Shown here: positions 1 through 9,415 of the stretch, one piece after another
Numbering within the stretch: the stretch's first letter is position 1
How the letters are laid out: every line of letters starts with the position of its first letter
Source: an uncultured Treponema sp.
GTDB taxonomy: Bacteria; Spirochaetota; Spirochaetia; Treponematales; Treponemataceae
DNA length: 64,000 bases
Assembly: GCA_964429975.1 (NCBI GenBank)
Contig: CAYSEA010000001.1
Coordinates: 52,096-116,095 of the forward strand
Direction: 5' to 3'
Position numbers and translations under genes: made by a program
The notes under the pieces: generated by a model
Databases searched by the model: none
Told to the model about the DNA's origin: nothing
The model's input: only the letters and a program-made list of their open reading frames with translations

Positions 1-95
1 AGAATGGCCAAACACACGATGGCGAACGCAGTGGCCGCGATAAAGACCGTCGCCATTATTTTTCCGTTGCGGTGACGCCGCGCGATGTCGTTCAT
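1..95 (-). CDS. pstA: Phosphate ABC permease PstA, N-terminus (runs off window)
   Basis: ATG at 95 overlaps the pstC stop (ATGA); reads MNDIARRHRNGKIMATVFIAATAFAIVCLAI with a TM segment; position after pstS-pstC. Confidence 0.75.
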   Translation of the reverse strand, partial: MNDIARRHRNGKIMATVFIAATAFAIVCLAI

Positions 96-1018
96 TCGTA
101 TACCTCCTGGTACTTTCTCACGAGATGATTTGACACAATGTTGAGCGCCAGGGTTATTACGAATAGCACAAGGCCGATCGCGAAGAGCGAGTTATAGTCG
201 ATTGAGTCGTACGAGAGGTCTCCGCCCGATATGCGTACGATGTGGCCGGTCATGGTTTCCGCCGCGCGGAACGGGTTGAGCGAGAGGTTCGGCCCCGCGC
301 CGGCCGCGAGCGCGACGATCATCGTCTCGCCGACGGCTCGCGAGAGACCGACTATGAACGCCGCCGATACGCCCGAGAAGGCGGCCGGCAGGACGATTTT
401 CAGGGATACTTCGAGTTTGGTCGCCCCAAGCGCGTAGGCGCCCTCGCGGAGCGAGCCGGGCACCGAGGAGAGGGCGTCCTCGCACATGGACGATATAAGC
501 GGCAGGATCAGCACGCCCATCACGAGACCCGCAGCAAGCGTGTTGTATACGTCGACGCGGTCCCTGCCAAACGCGTTCTGCAAAATGGGCGTGACCGTCT
601 GAAGGGCGAAGAACCCGTATACGACCGAGGGGATACCCGCGAGCACCTCAAGAATCGGCTTGAGCGCGTTGCGAACCGAGGGCCTTGCGTATTCGGAAAG
701 GTAGATTGCGGAAAACAATCCCGCGGGAAGGGCAACGGTCATCGCGACGATGCTTGTCACGAGCGTCGCGGTAAAGAGGGGCAGTATCCCGAACGATCCG
801 ATCTGGGGCTGCCACCTCGTTTCGAGAAAAAACTCCGCGAAGCTGACTTCGCGGAAGAAGGGCAGGGATTCCTTGCCGAGCGTCAGCACGATTCCGGCCG
901 TCGTGAGCACGGACACCGTAGCGGCGAAAAAGAGAAAACCCTGAATCGCGGCCTCGGCGGGCCGTTTCCCGCTCACGAGGTCTTTCGCGCCGAGCGTTTT
1001 GTTCACCCTGCCCTCCAT
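92..1018 (-). CDS. pstC: Phosphate ABC permease PstC
   Basis: LAGIPSVVYG, EGAYALGAT and SRAVGETM motifs; downstream of pstS. Confidence 0.95.
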   Translation of the reverse strand: MEGRVNKTLGAKDLVSGKRPAEAAIQGFLFFAATVSVLTTAGIVLTLGKESLPFFREVSFAEFFLETRWQPQIGSFGILPLFTATLVTSIVAMTVALPAGLFSAIYLSEYARPSVRNALKPILEVLAGIPSVVYGFFALQTVTPILQNAFGRDRVDVYNTLAAGLVMGVLILPLISSMCEDALSSVPGSLREGAYALGATKLEVSLKIVLPAAFSGVSAAFIVGLSRAVGETMIVALAAGAGPNLSLNPFRAAETMTGHIVRISGGDLSYDSIDYNSLFAIGLVLFVITLALNIVSNHLVRKYQEVYE

Positions 1019-1021
1019 ACC

Positions 1022-2017
1022 TTAGTACCTGCCGGCGATCGCCGCGAGGAAGGCTTTCTTCGCCGCGAGAAGATCAGCTTTTGGCGCGGGGAAGTATCCG
1101 ACCTTTTTGATAACGCGGTTTACGTTCGAAAGATAGAAGTCTACAAAGGCCGCGACCTGGGGCTTCGAGGCGAGAGTCGCGGGCGTAGTATAGATGAAGA
1201 GCGGTCGCGCGAGGGGATACGTGCTCTTGTCCACGCTTTCCTGGCTCGGTGCGATGCCTTTCAGGGAAACGGCGTTCAGCTTGGACTTGTTCTCAACGAA
1301 GTACGCATACCCGAAGAATCCGACCGCGTACTCGGAACCCTGAATGCCCTGTACGAGGACGTTGTCATCCTCGGACATTTGCAGGTTCTTGGCGAGAAGG
1401 AGCGGCTCTTTCTTCTTGGAATGAACGACCTCAGTGAAGAAGTCGAAGGTTCCGGAGTCGGTTCCCGGTGTGTAGCGCCTGATTTCCTTTTTGGGGAACG
1501 ATGCGCGAACGTCAGACCAGTACGTCGCATCGGAAAAGACCTTCGCGAGCTCTTCCATGGTAAGGTCGGTCGCGAACTTGTTCTTCTTGGAAACGCACAC
1601 CGCGATGGCGTCTGTGCCGACCCTGATCTCAATCGGCGCGCTTCCGTACGCGGCTGCGGCTTTTTCAGCTTCCGATTTCTTGATTCCGCGCGAGGCGTTC
1701 GCAATGTCGATTTCGCCCTTGCTGAAACGCTCGAAGCCGCCTCCTGAGCCGATCGAGTCGATGCTTACCTGTCCAGTGTAGCCTTCTTTTACGAAGAGTT
1801 CGGTTACCGCTTCGGAAAGCGGGAACACGGTCGAGGAGCCCGATGTAACGATCGATCCGGTTACCTTCGTCGGGTCGACGCCGGGGAGCATCTTGTCGGG
1901 GTCGTCGGATACCTTGTCGATCCATGCGTACTTAAGTTTCGCGTCCTCGGCCGCGACGTTCGTCGCGATGAGCGCTCCCGAGAGGGCGATGAGGGCGACT
2001 GCAGCGATTCGTTTCAT
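1022..2017 (-). CDS. pstS: Phosphate-binding protein, PstS family
   Basis: Signal peptide; GSSTVFP, GSGGG, ASR, DSGT and YPLARPLFIY motifs. Confidence 0.95.
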   Translation of the reverse strand: MKRIAAVALIALSGALIATNVAAEDAKLKYAWIDKVSDDPDKMLPGVDPTKVTGSIVTSGSSTVFPLSEAVTELFVKEGYTGQVSIDSIGSGGGFERFSKGEIDIANASRGIKKSEAEKAAAAYGSAPIEIRVGTDAIAVCVSKKNKFATDLTMEELAKVFSDATYWSDVRASFPKKEIRRYTPGTDSGTFDFFTEVVHSKKKEPLLLAKNLQMSEDDNVLVQGIQGSEYAVGFFGYAYFVENKSKLNAVSLKGIAPSQESVDKSTYPLARPLFIYTTPATLASKPQVAAFVDFYLSNVNRVIKKVGYFPAPKADLLAAKKAFLAAIAGRY

Positions 2018-2117
2018 TTCTACCTCCGTGCGTTCCGGGGGGATCTCCCATCCGGGAAACCCCTCTCCGTCACGATACGAAACATAGGCGCGCGCCGTCA
2101 GGATAGCGTGAATTGAT

Positions 2118-2134
2118 TGTTAGAATTTTGTTAG
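2118..2134 (-). promoter_or_regulatory. Pho-box-like direct repeat CTAACA-N5-CTAACA upstream of pstS
   Basis: 11-bp-period repeat 12 nt upstream of a TATCCT -10 (2105-2100); near-identical copy at 3560-3576. Confidence 0.6.
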
Positions 2135-2151
2135 GGTCGCGGAGCAACGTT

Positions 2152-2178
2152 AAAAAACGATGAGCGCTTCTCGCTCAT
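2152..2178 (-). terminator. Intrinsic terminator of the ankyrin gene
   Basis: ATGAGCG/CGCTCAT stem followed by a T6 run on the minus strand. Confidence 0.55.
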
Positions 2179-3473
2179 TTATTGGCGCCGGCCTTTCGCA
2201 GGATCGACTCGATTTCGGCGCTTTCGGACATGCGGGCGAACTCTATCGGGGTGAGTCCTCCCATGTCAAGTTCGGGCTGTGCCCCCGCCGCGAGCAGGAT
2301 TTTTACGAACGCTGGGCTCGGCATCATACAGGCAGCTATAAGAGGGGTTAGCCCGCCTTCGGTCGCGAGGTTCGGGTCGGCTCCTTTAGATAGAAGAAAT
2401 CGAGCGATGTCAGGCGATGCCTCTTGCGAAATCGATGAGATGAGCGGGGTAGTCTCAAGGATTACGAGGTTGGGGCTCATTCCCCCTGCGACGAGCTCTT
2501 TCACTCGCGCGAGGTTTCCTTCCATGCACGCGAGTACGAGCGGCATTCCCTCGTTTGATAGACCGCTCGATTCGAGGGCTTCACGTTCCTCGCGTTCCTC
2601 CCGCTCGGCCTCCGCCATTGCCTCTTCGACTATGCCCGCGAGAGTCCCCTTTTTCGCGCCGATTGACGTGAGGTATTCGACGACGGGTTCGTTCTCGCCT
2701 GAGATCGCCTCGTCGAGCGCGGTCGCGCCATATCCGGTCTCCGCCGAGACCCGTGCGCCGAGTTTGACGAGCGCTTTGACGGTATCGAGGCGCGCGACGT
2801 CCGCGACGAGCGCGAGCGGTCTGATTTGGAGCGGCTCCATCGGCGCGTCGATGTCGATGCCCGATTGTTTGAGGGCCTCGAGGGCCTCGGGGTTATCCAT
2901 ACTTGCCGCGAGATGAGCTACGTTCCATACGACATTCCAGGTAATGTCCTTCTGTTTCCCGTATCCGGCGGAGACGTAATGGCGGATCACTGCCGCCTTT
3001 TTTTTTCTGAGTTGGGAGTACTCGGGTCCGATATGTTCGCGGTCGAGCATGCACGCGGAGTGAAGGCTCGACGTTCCCGTAACCGTCGTTTTTCGGGGAT
3101 CGTGTCCCGATCGAACGAGGTATTTGACGCAATCGAGGGCTCCCCAATACGAGGCTATCATGAGAATCGTCTCTCCCGTCATGGGCTGTACGTACTTGAG
3201 GTCGGCGCCTTTCGCCTCAGCCGCGCGAAACGCGGAAAGATCGTCCTTCTTGACTGCCTCCACGAGCGTTATGCGAAGGTCCATTTTTAGACCTTCTTCT
3301 TCCATAACGGACGCGAACTCTCGAAGTGATTCCGTTGTCTCCTCTCCCTGCCGAATCAACGCGTCTCTGTCCGGTTTTCCGGGCATGCCCGATTGCCCGA
3401 AGGCCTGCGGCGTTATCAGCATACAAAGTGCCAGTATCGATAGGATTATCCGTAGCGTTTCGGTCAGCTTCAT
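2175..3473 (-). CDS. Exported ankyrin-repeat protein
   Basis: Signal peptide; repeats GETILMIA, GTSSLHSA, GATALDEA, TTPLISS, GLTPLIAA, GADPN. Confidence 0.85.
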   Translation of the reverse strand: MKLTETLRIILSILALCMLITPQAFGQSGMPGKPDRDALIRQGEETTESLREFASVMEEEGLKMDLRITLVEAVKKDDLSAFRAAEAKGADLKYVQPMTGETILMIASYWGALDCVKYLVRSGHDPRKTTVTGTSSLHSACMLDREHIGPEYSQLRKKKAAVIRHYVSAGYGKQKDITWNVVWNVAHLAASMDNPEALEALKQSGIDIDAPMEPLQIRPLALVADVARLDTVKALVKLGARVSAETGYGATALDEAISGENEPVVEYLTSIGAKKGTLAGIVEEAMAEAEREEREEREALESSGLSNEGMPLVLACMEGNLARVKELVAGGMSPNLVILETTPLISSISQEASPDIARFLLSKGADPNLATEGGLTPLIAACMMPSPAFVKILLAAGAQPELDMGGLTPIEFARMSESAEIESILRKAGANK

Positions 3474-3559
3474 TTGCTTTATCCTTTGTATATCGTTGTT
3501 AGTTCTTAGGTTGCCATGCTAAGAATAGCACGGTTTTTAGATGAAATCCGCGTGACGAT

Positions 3560-3576
3560 CTAACGAAATTCTAACA
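3560..3576 (+). promoter_or_regulatory. Second Pho-box-like repeat CTAACG-AAATT-CTAACA
   Basis: 16/17 identical to the pstS box; just upstream of TTGCTC-N17-TATCTT (3586-3614). Confidence 0.45.
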
Positions 3577-3656
3577 CACGAAGGATTGCTCCGCCCGGAA
3601 AATGAACGTATCTTTGTATATAGAAGAAAGGGCGTAAACCTAAAAGGAGGTGGAAT

Positions 3657-3968
3657 ATGTTTATAACCGTTCATGAGGGGCAACGGCTCGTGGAGGCCGT
3701 ATCCGATCCCGTTCGAGCGTTTATTCTTCGCGTTCTTTCGTGCGGCGAATATACCACCGATTCCTTGGCGCGCCGCGTACCCGCGGATATTTCTGAAACG
3801 GAAGGACACATACGGATCCTTCGCGCCGCGGGGCTCATTTCAGTTCGCGAGGATTTGGGATCGCGCTTTGTTTCCCTCGCTCCGGGAGCTGACGCGATTA
3901 TCCGCAATTACCTCGAGAATAACCGCATTCCGTACGATACCGCATTTTGCGCTCTTGTGGGAACGTGA
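3657..3968 (+). CDS. ArsR/SmtB-family transcriptional regulator
   Basis: Strong AGGAGGT RBS; AVSDPVRAFILRVL...HIRILRAAGLI winged-helix pattern. Confidence 0.75.
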   Translation: MFITVHEGQRLVEAVSDPVRAFILRVLSCGEYTTDSLARRVPADISETEGHIRILRAAGLISVREDLGSRFVSLAPGADAIIRNYLENNRIPYDTAFCALVGT

Positions 3969-3995
3969 CGTAATCACCGACAGACGCGCGCGCTA

Positions 3996-4019
3996 TCCGT
4001 ATACTTACCGGTATACGGA
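3996..4019. promoter_or_regulatory. Inverted repeat TCCGTATAC-N6-GTATACGGA over the -10 and RBS of the rhodanese gene
   Basis: Perfect 9-bp arms overlapping TATACT (4000-4005) and GGAGG (4017-4021). Confidence 0.5.
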
Positions 4020-4026
4020 GGCTGAT

Positions 4027-4404
4027 ATGAAACGAACCCTACTGGCCATCTCTTCGCTTACGCTTTCTCTTTTTGGAATTTTTGCGCGTTCTCCTGACGC
4101 GAAAGTGTCCCCGGCGGAGGCTCGCGAGCTTCTTGCGGCAAAGCCTCCCGCCATTCTCATAGACGTTCGGACGGAAGGCGAGTTTAAAGGAGGGAGAATC
4201 CCGGGTGCGCTTCTGCTTCCGTTTGACGAAATAACCCGCGAATCGGCGACAGCGATAATCCCCGCGAAAGACTCGAAGGTTATCGTGTATTGTCGGAGCG
4301 GGCGGCGCTCGTCGATAGCGGCGAAAACCTTGCGTGATCTCGGATATTCTAACGTACGCGATCTCGGGGCCATCAGCGATTGGCCTTATGGCTTTGAGCG
4401 GTAA
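4027..4404 (+). CDS. Exported rhodanese-domain protein
   Basis: GGAGG RBS; signal peptide; LIDVRT, GRIPGA and YCRSGRRS active-site loop. Confidence 0.9.
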   Translation: MKRTLLAISSLTLSLFGIFARSPDAKVSPAEARELLAAKPPAILIDVRTEGEFKGGRIPGALLLPFDEITRESATAIIPAKDSKVIVYCRSGRRSSIAAKTLRDLGYSNVRDLGAISDWPYGFER

Positions 4405-4476
4405 TAGCGCTTGAGAATCGTTCCGGTAAAGTGATACTATAACCTCGTCGTGCCTTGATGGCGCCGCGGGGTGAAT

Positions 4477-5694
4477 ATGGAACCGTTGAATTTCAGCCTT
4501 ACTGTCGCTATCGTTCTTGCCGGGGGGTGGTTTGCCGGGAAGCTTTTTTCCCGACTATGCCTGCCGTCAATCCTGGGAATGGTAATCTATGGTATCGCGT
4601 GCTCTCTATTTCTCAAGCCGCTCGCGTCTCCCGTACTTTGGGAGCTCAATCCTTTTTTAAAATCTTTCGCTCTTATAGTTATTTTACTCCGCGCGGGCCT
4701 TGGAATTAGCAGGTCTACCCTTAAGAGGGTTGGGCTTACGGCTTTTTTGATGTCGTGGGTTCCGTGCGTCATCGAAGGGATCGCGCTCGCGGTTCTCTTT
4801 TACGCTTTCTTCGACTTCGGATGGGCCGTTGCCGCCCTTACTTCGTTCATGCTTGCCGCCGTATCGCCTGCGGTTGTCGTGCCGTCGATGCTAGACCTCA
4901 AGTCCCGTCGGCGCGGCGAAAAAAACGACGTACCCACGATAATCATGGCCGGCGCGTCAATCGACGACGTATTCGCCATAACGCTTTTTTCCGTTTTCCT
5001 CGCCCTCGCGACCGGCGGACAGTCGAACGTTTTCGCGGCCGCGCTTTCCGTTCCCCTCTCGATCTCGATCGGCGTCGCGTCCGGCTTGGCCGCAGGTCTC
5101 GCGCTCTCGTTTTTTTTCGGACGGCACTATGCGTCTATCAGGGCTACCGAGAAGGCCCTGATTCTGCTCGTGTGCGGAATGCTACTCGTTGAAGTCGGGG
5201 ACAGCTTCCATTTCGCCGCCCTGCTCGGCCTCATGACCGCGGGGTTCGTGATTCTCGAGCGGCACGAGCGCGTCGCCCACGAGCTTTCGGCGAAGCTCGC
5301 GAAGATTTGGGTTTTCGCCGAGATCGTCCTTTTCGTAATGATCGGATTCTCGCTCGATCCCGCCGTCGCGCTTGGCGCGGGGGCGAAGGGCCTCGCCGTG
5401 GTCGCCTGCGGCCTTGTCTTTCGGTCGATCGGGGTTTTCGCGGCGACCGCATTCTCTCCCCTGACATTTCGCGAGCGCGCGTTTTGCGCCATCGCCTACC
5501 TCCCGAAGGCCACGGTGCAAGCCGCCCTCGGCGGAGTCGCCCTGAGCCATGGCGTCCCGGAGGGCAACGTGATTTTGGCGATCGCAGTCGTGGCCATACT
5601 CTTTACCGCACCGCTCGGCCTCCTCGGCATTCGCTTTTTCGGCAATCGTCTTCTTGAGGCATCGGGTGATCCTGTCGTAGATATGACGCAATAA
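4477..5694 (+). CDS. Cation:proton antiporter (NHA2/NhaP-like)
   Basis: About 12 TM helices; ILLRAGLG, AVSPAVVVP, ASIDD and PKATVQAA motifs. Confidence 0.9.
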   Translation: MEPLNFSLTVAIVLAGGWFAGKLFSRLCLPSILGMVIYGIACSLFLKPLASPVLWELNPFLKSFALIVILLRAGLGISRSTLKRVGLTAFLMSWVPCVIEGIALAVLFYAFFDFGWAVAALTSFMLAAVSPAVVVPSMLDLKSRRRGEKNDVPTIIMAGASIDDVFAITLFSVFLALATGGQSNVFAAALSVPLSISIGVASGLAAGLALSFFFGRHYASIRATEKALILLVCGMLLVEVGDSFHFAALLGLMTAGFVILERHERVAHELSAKLAKIWVFAEIVLFVMIGFSLDPAVALGAGAKGLAVVACGLVFRSIGVFAATAFSPLTFRERAFCAIAYLPKATVQAALGGVALSHGVPEGNVILAIAVVAILFTAPLGLLGIRFFGNRLLEASGDPVVDMTQ

Positions 5695-5751
5695 CGGGCA
5701 GTTTGGAAAGTGATTGCTTGAGTTTTCGCCTATCTGCTCTATACTTGAGGT

Positions 5752-6513
5752 ATGAAGAAGGCTTTTACAATATTCGTAGTACTTTGTTTCTCCTGCCTTG
5801 CTTCCGTACATGGGCAATCCGAGGGACCCAGTCCAGTCGTTACGATTTTCTTGGGCGAGCAGCCTCCGCTCATTTCGGAGAAGGACGGGATCGTTAACTT
5901 GGTGGCGGCTGAGGCGTTGAAGCGCGGCGGCTACACAGCCTCGTTCGAATTTCTGCCGATCGGCAGGATGCTCAAATTATTGGAGCTGGATTCTCTTGCC
6001 GTGTATATTACTCCGACGAACACCGCGGCACAGCATAACCCCCGCGTTCATCTTCTCGCGGCAAAAGGCGTATTCTTTTACCTGAAGGCAAACGCGCCGC
6101 GCGTGCCCGTTACCCGGCTTGAGGATTTGGCGGGAAAAAGAGTCGGCACGGTCACCAATTCCCCGCTTCGTTCTTCGTTCGAGAAAGCCGGCATCATCGT
6201 AGACGAAGGTCCTTTCGAAACGATGTTCCAGAAACTCGCGGCCGGCAGGGTGGACTTCGTATCCACCGCCGACGTGGGCGGCCTTTTGACCATTAACCGG
6301 TTCTTTCCGGGAAGAGAATCGGAGTTTGACTTTACGGATTTCTCCTACATGATGATCGGCGCGGGGCTCTATGCCAAGCCGGGACCTGAGGGAGAGGCTA
6401 TTCTTGAGGCGGCCCGACGCGGCTTTGACTCGATGAAGGCTGATGGCACGGTGACCAGAATGCTCAGGGAAGCGTTCGGAAAGGAATACTCTTCGCGCGT
6501 ATTCGTGTACTAG
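5752..6513 (+). CDS. Orphan periplasmic substrate-binding protein (family 3-like)
   Basis: Signal peptide; LEDLAGKRVG and KLAAGRVD motifs. Confidence 0.8.
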   Translation: MKKAFTIFVVLCFSCLASVHGQSEGPSPVVTIFLGEQPPLISEKDGIVNLVAAEALKRGGYTASFEFLPIGRMLKLLELDSLAVYITPTNTAAQHNPRVHLLAAKGVFFYLKANAPRVPVTRLEDLAGKRVGTVTNSPLRSSFEKAGIIVDEGPFETMFQKLAAGRVDFVSTADVGGLLTINRFFPGRESEFDFTDFSYMMIGAGLYAKPGPEGEAILEAARRGFDSMKADGTVTRMLREAFGKEYSSRVFVY

Positions 6514-6537
6514 AGAAACACAGACGAGGAGATTTCG

Positions 6538-7398
6538 ATGACCGCGCACAATGACGCATTGCTGGAAAGGATACTCGACGTCGCCCGGGATGACGAGGGG
6601 ATTCGCGCGCTCGCCCTTATCGGATCGAGCGTTGGCCCGGAAAGAATCAACGATGAGTACTCCGATATCGATCTCATTCTCGTGGCCGATTCCCCAGCAA
6701 GGTATCTTGAATCCGCATCGTGGGCCGAAGCGATCGGAGCAGTGTGGTTTTCCTTTGCCGAGTCGGTAGCGGCGGAAAACCATTACGAACGCCGTTTTCT
6801 TTTTGAGGGGGGCCTTGACGTCGATGTCGTGGTAATCGAGGCGAATCGCTTAAAATCCCAGCCCGCCTCGCTCGTCATCGCTCGCGAGATTTGCTCCCGG
6901 GGCATTCGCGTTATCCACGATAAGGATGCTCTCACTCCCGCGTTACAGGGACTCGTCGGCGAGATCCGCGCATTCACGTTTCCCACAGAATCGGAGTTCC
7001 GCAACCTCGCGCACGACTTATACTTCCACTATTTGTGGGCGATGAAAAAATGCCTTCGGGGCGAGTATTGGGTTGCCCTGCAATGCGTCGACGGATATCT
7101 CAAGAGAAAAACCCTCGCGATGCTCGAGTGGTACGAGCGCTCGATTCACGGCAAGGACTACGACACCCGCTATGAGGGCCGCTATCTCGAACGATGGCTC
7201 GACGACGATCTACGCGGAGACCTTGCGGGTATCTTTGCCCCGTATGACAAACATGAAATTCTTCGGGCCCTCGACGCGACACTCCGTTTTTTTACGAAGA
7301 TTGCGCGCCCGACCGCCGCGGCCCTTTCATTTCCCTTTCCGGAGGACGAGCTCGCCGAGCTTACGAAGTACGCGAGGGGGCTGGATCACCGAAAGTGA
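6538..7398 (+). CDS. Aminoglycoside 6-adenylyltransferase-like nucleotidyltransferase
   Basis: GS...DEYSDIDL motif; LFEGGLDVD, FPTESEF, LRGEYW and GRYLERWL motifs resemble the AadK/ANT(6) family. Confidence 0.7.
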   Translation: MTAHNDALLERILDVARDDEGIRALALIGSSVGPERINDEYSDIDLILVADSPARYLESASWAEAIGAVWFSFAESVAAENHYERRFLFEGGLDVDVVVIEANRLKSQPASLVIAREICSRGIRVIHDKDALTPALQGLVGEIRAFTFPTESEFRNLAHDLYFHYLWAMKKCLRGEYWVALQCVDGYLKRKTLAMLEWYERSIHGKDYDTRYEGRYLERWLDDDLRGDLAGIFAPYDKHEILRALDATLRFFTKIARPTAAALSFPFPEDELAELTKYARGLDHRK

Positions 7399-7435
7399 TC
7401 CTCCATATTTCTAAATCAATGATTGATATGGCTAA

Positions 7436-8623
7436 TTAGAAATACCAGCTGATTGATGCTGAAACGAGCGTGTTATCCCGGTAACGTCCGTACTGGCCAG
7501 AGGAATCTCCGAGAAAAATGTCCGCTCCCGCTTTCAGAATAACCCCGTCCTCTATTGTGTAGGAAACGGACGGACGGAGAAGCGCGTCATAGGGATCAAT
7601 TCCGATATACGTGAATAGCTCTAGAATAAGAGTGTCTCCCAAAAAAGTATCCCGTAAGCGGACGGAAGCCGTTTGTCGGTACTCCGGTTGCACAAGCGTT
7701 ACTGCATGATTGAAAATGTACTGTCCGGCATATTGCACGGAGACGTCGATTCCCCCCAAGCTCCAGTCAAGACCGATAAGGCTTACTAGTTCATTTTTTC
7801 GCGCAATCCCGAATTCCCCGACCAACGGCCGAGTGGTGAAAGAGCGGTCGAGATAGACTGCCGCTTCGGTTCTGGCAAGCACCGGACCAAGTGGCTTGCT
7901 GAAGCTTCCTCCAATCACGGTAAAACGCTCATAATGTGTTTCCGGTAATGGCAAGGACCCCTTAAGGACAGGCTGATCATCGTGGGCATACCCTGCCATA
8001 AGTTCCGCGTCGAATCCGCTTCCGATATACGCGATCTTGCAAAAAAACTCGCTATCCGAAAGGTTTTCCATATGAGCTTCGTATGGCGTAAATATGCTCA
8101 TTTCCGCCGTATGCCAGGGAGAATCAGGTTCCGGAAAAACAGTCGGTACGAAAAATGGTACCCAAACGGCATCGAACGAAACGTTGCCAAGATATTTTTG
8201 CGCGCGCATCGCAGGTATACCGACACGGATCTCAGAAAAATCCGCAAGAATGAAATAGCTGAGGTCTTGCGGACTGACGATATCGGTAATAAAAAAGCCC
8301 TCGGCCTTTCCCCATACTACCGCCTGTTTTCCGATCCGGATATCAGCAAGACTTGTGAATAGATCGATATACGCTTCTCGTATAACGAAGCGGGGTTCTC
8401 CGTCCACCGATACCGCGACGGCCGGTGAAACGTGAAACCCGCTTTTTTTCCCGTATCCGTCAAGAGACACGTGGAGCACTTGCTCGGCGAGAAGAAAATC
8501 TCCTGTGCTCGTCGCTACTGATAGATTGGTTCTCGTCATTCCGGTAAGCTTAATGTCTCCCGCGATTACTGGCAGCGCGACTATGCAAAAGACTGCAAGA
8601 AGCATGAATGTCTTTTTTCGCAT
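7436..8623 (-). CDS. Outer-membrane beta-barrel protein (DUF1302-like)
   Basis: Signal peptide; IREAYID...IRIGKQAVVWGKA; C-terminal WYF. Confidence 0.7.
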   Translation of the reverse strand: MRKKTFMLLAVFCIVALPVIAGDIKLTGMTRTNLSVATSTGDFLLAEQVLHVSLDGYGKKSGFHVSPAVAVSVDGEPRFVIREAYIDLFTSLADIRIGKQAVVWGKAEGFFITDIVSPQDLSYFILADFSEIRVGIPAMRAQKYLGNVSFDAVWVPFFVPTVFPEPDSPWHTAEMSIFTPYEAHMENLSDSEFFCKIAYIGSGFDAELMAGYAHDDQPVLKGSLPLPETHYERFTVIGGSFSKPLGPVLARTEAAVYLDRSFTTRPLVGEFGIARKNELVSLIGLDWSLGGIDVSVQYAGQYIFNHAVTLVQPEYRQTASVRLRDTFLGDTLILELFTYIGIDPYDALLRPSVSYTIEDGVILKAGADIFLGDSSGQYGRYRDNTLVSASISWYF

Positions 8624-8638
8624 ACTACTAACCTCCAG

Positions 8639-9415
8639 TTATCGGGGCTTGCCGATACGCATTTGACGATCAGAGAATACCGCCTCGCTCACGTCTATGT
8701 CAAAACGGACCGCATTCATGGTTATTTGCGTGAAACTGTTACGTTGCAGGTCCTTCATAGTCATGTCGGTAACGACCCAGAATCCGTCAATCTTGTCCCG
8801 TTTGTCTATTTCGAGCGTCTTTACCAGTTTGCCCGTAGCGTCGAAGTATTCCTTCCTGATTCCAACCCAACTGTCTTTATGGATGCGTGTTACCGTTTTA
8901 GCGAATGCCGAGTTCTTGACGACCGGTATCGATTCGACTATATAACAGGGGACATCATTGATCGTTTCCTCGCCGATGAGCGTATGGGTGTCCTCCGAAG
9001 GATGGCGATCACCGAGATCGTCATAAGTAAAGTCGGAGCCCATAAAAGAATCATTCTTTCCGTCGGAAGCGATGCGTTTTACTCGTTTGAGCGCGGGGAG
9101 ATATATCCACTGATCGTCATCCCTGCCGTCGTCCCATGACCAAGTCATAAAACTGGTATCGCGAACGTCCGCCGGACTTTCAAAGAACATAATTTTTTTC
9201 TCGCCCTCTGATGTATCAATGCTGTATTGCACGATTTCGCGCTCTCGCGTCGAACCTCGCGCGTTGGTAATCTGCATGCGTAACGTCGACTGCATCGTTT
9301 TTCCGGTTGGGCGGTTGTAGACATTCTCCATAATCGTTCGGCCGTCGATTTGCGCGCTAAGTACCGCGATACACATGATCATAGCCGCTGTTGTAAGTGC
9401 CTTTTTTCTTTTCAT
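8639..9415 (-). CDS. LolA-like outer-membrane lipoprotein-sorting protein
   Basis: FESPADVRDT, DDQWIYLPALKRVKRI and FMGSDFTYDD motifs. Confidence 0.9.
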   Translation of the reverse strand: MKRKKALTTAAMIMCIAVLSAQIDGRTIMENVYNRPTGKTMQSTLRMQITNARGSTREREIVQYSIDTSEGEKKIMFFESPADVRDTSFMTWSWDDGRDDDQWIYLPALKRVKRIASDGKNDSFMGSDFTYDDLGDRHPSEDTHTLIGEETINDVPCYIVESIPVVKNSAFAKTVTRIHKDSWVGIRKEYFDATGKLVKTLEIDKRDKIDGFWVVTDMTMKDLQRNSFTQITMNAVRFDIDVSEAVFSDRQMRIGKPR

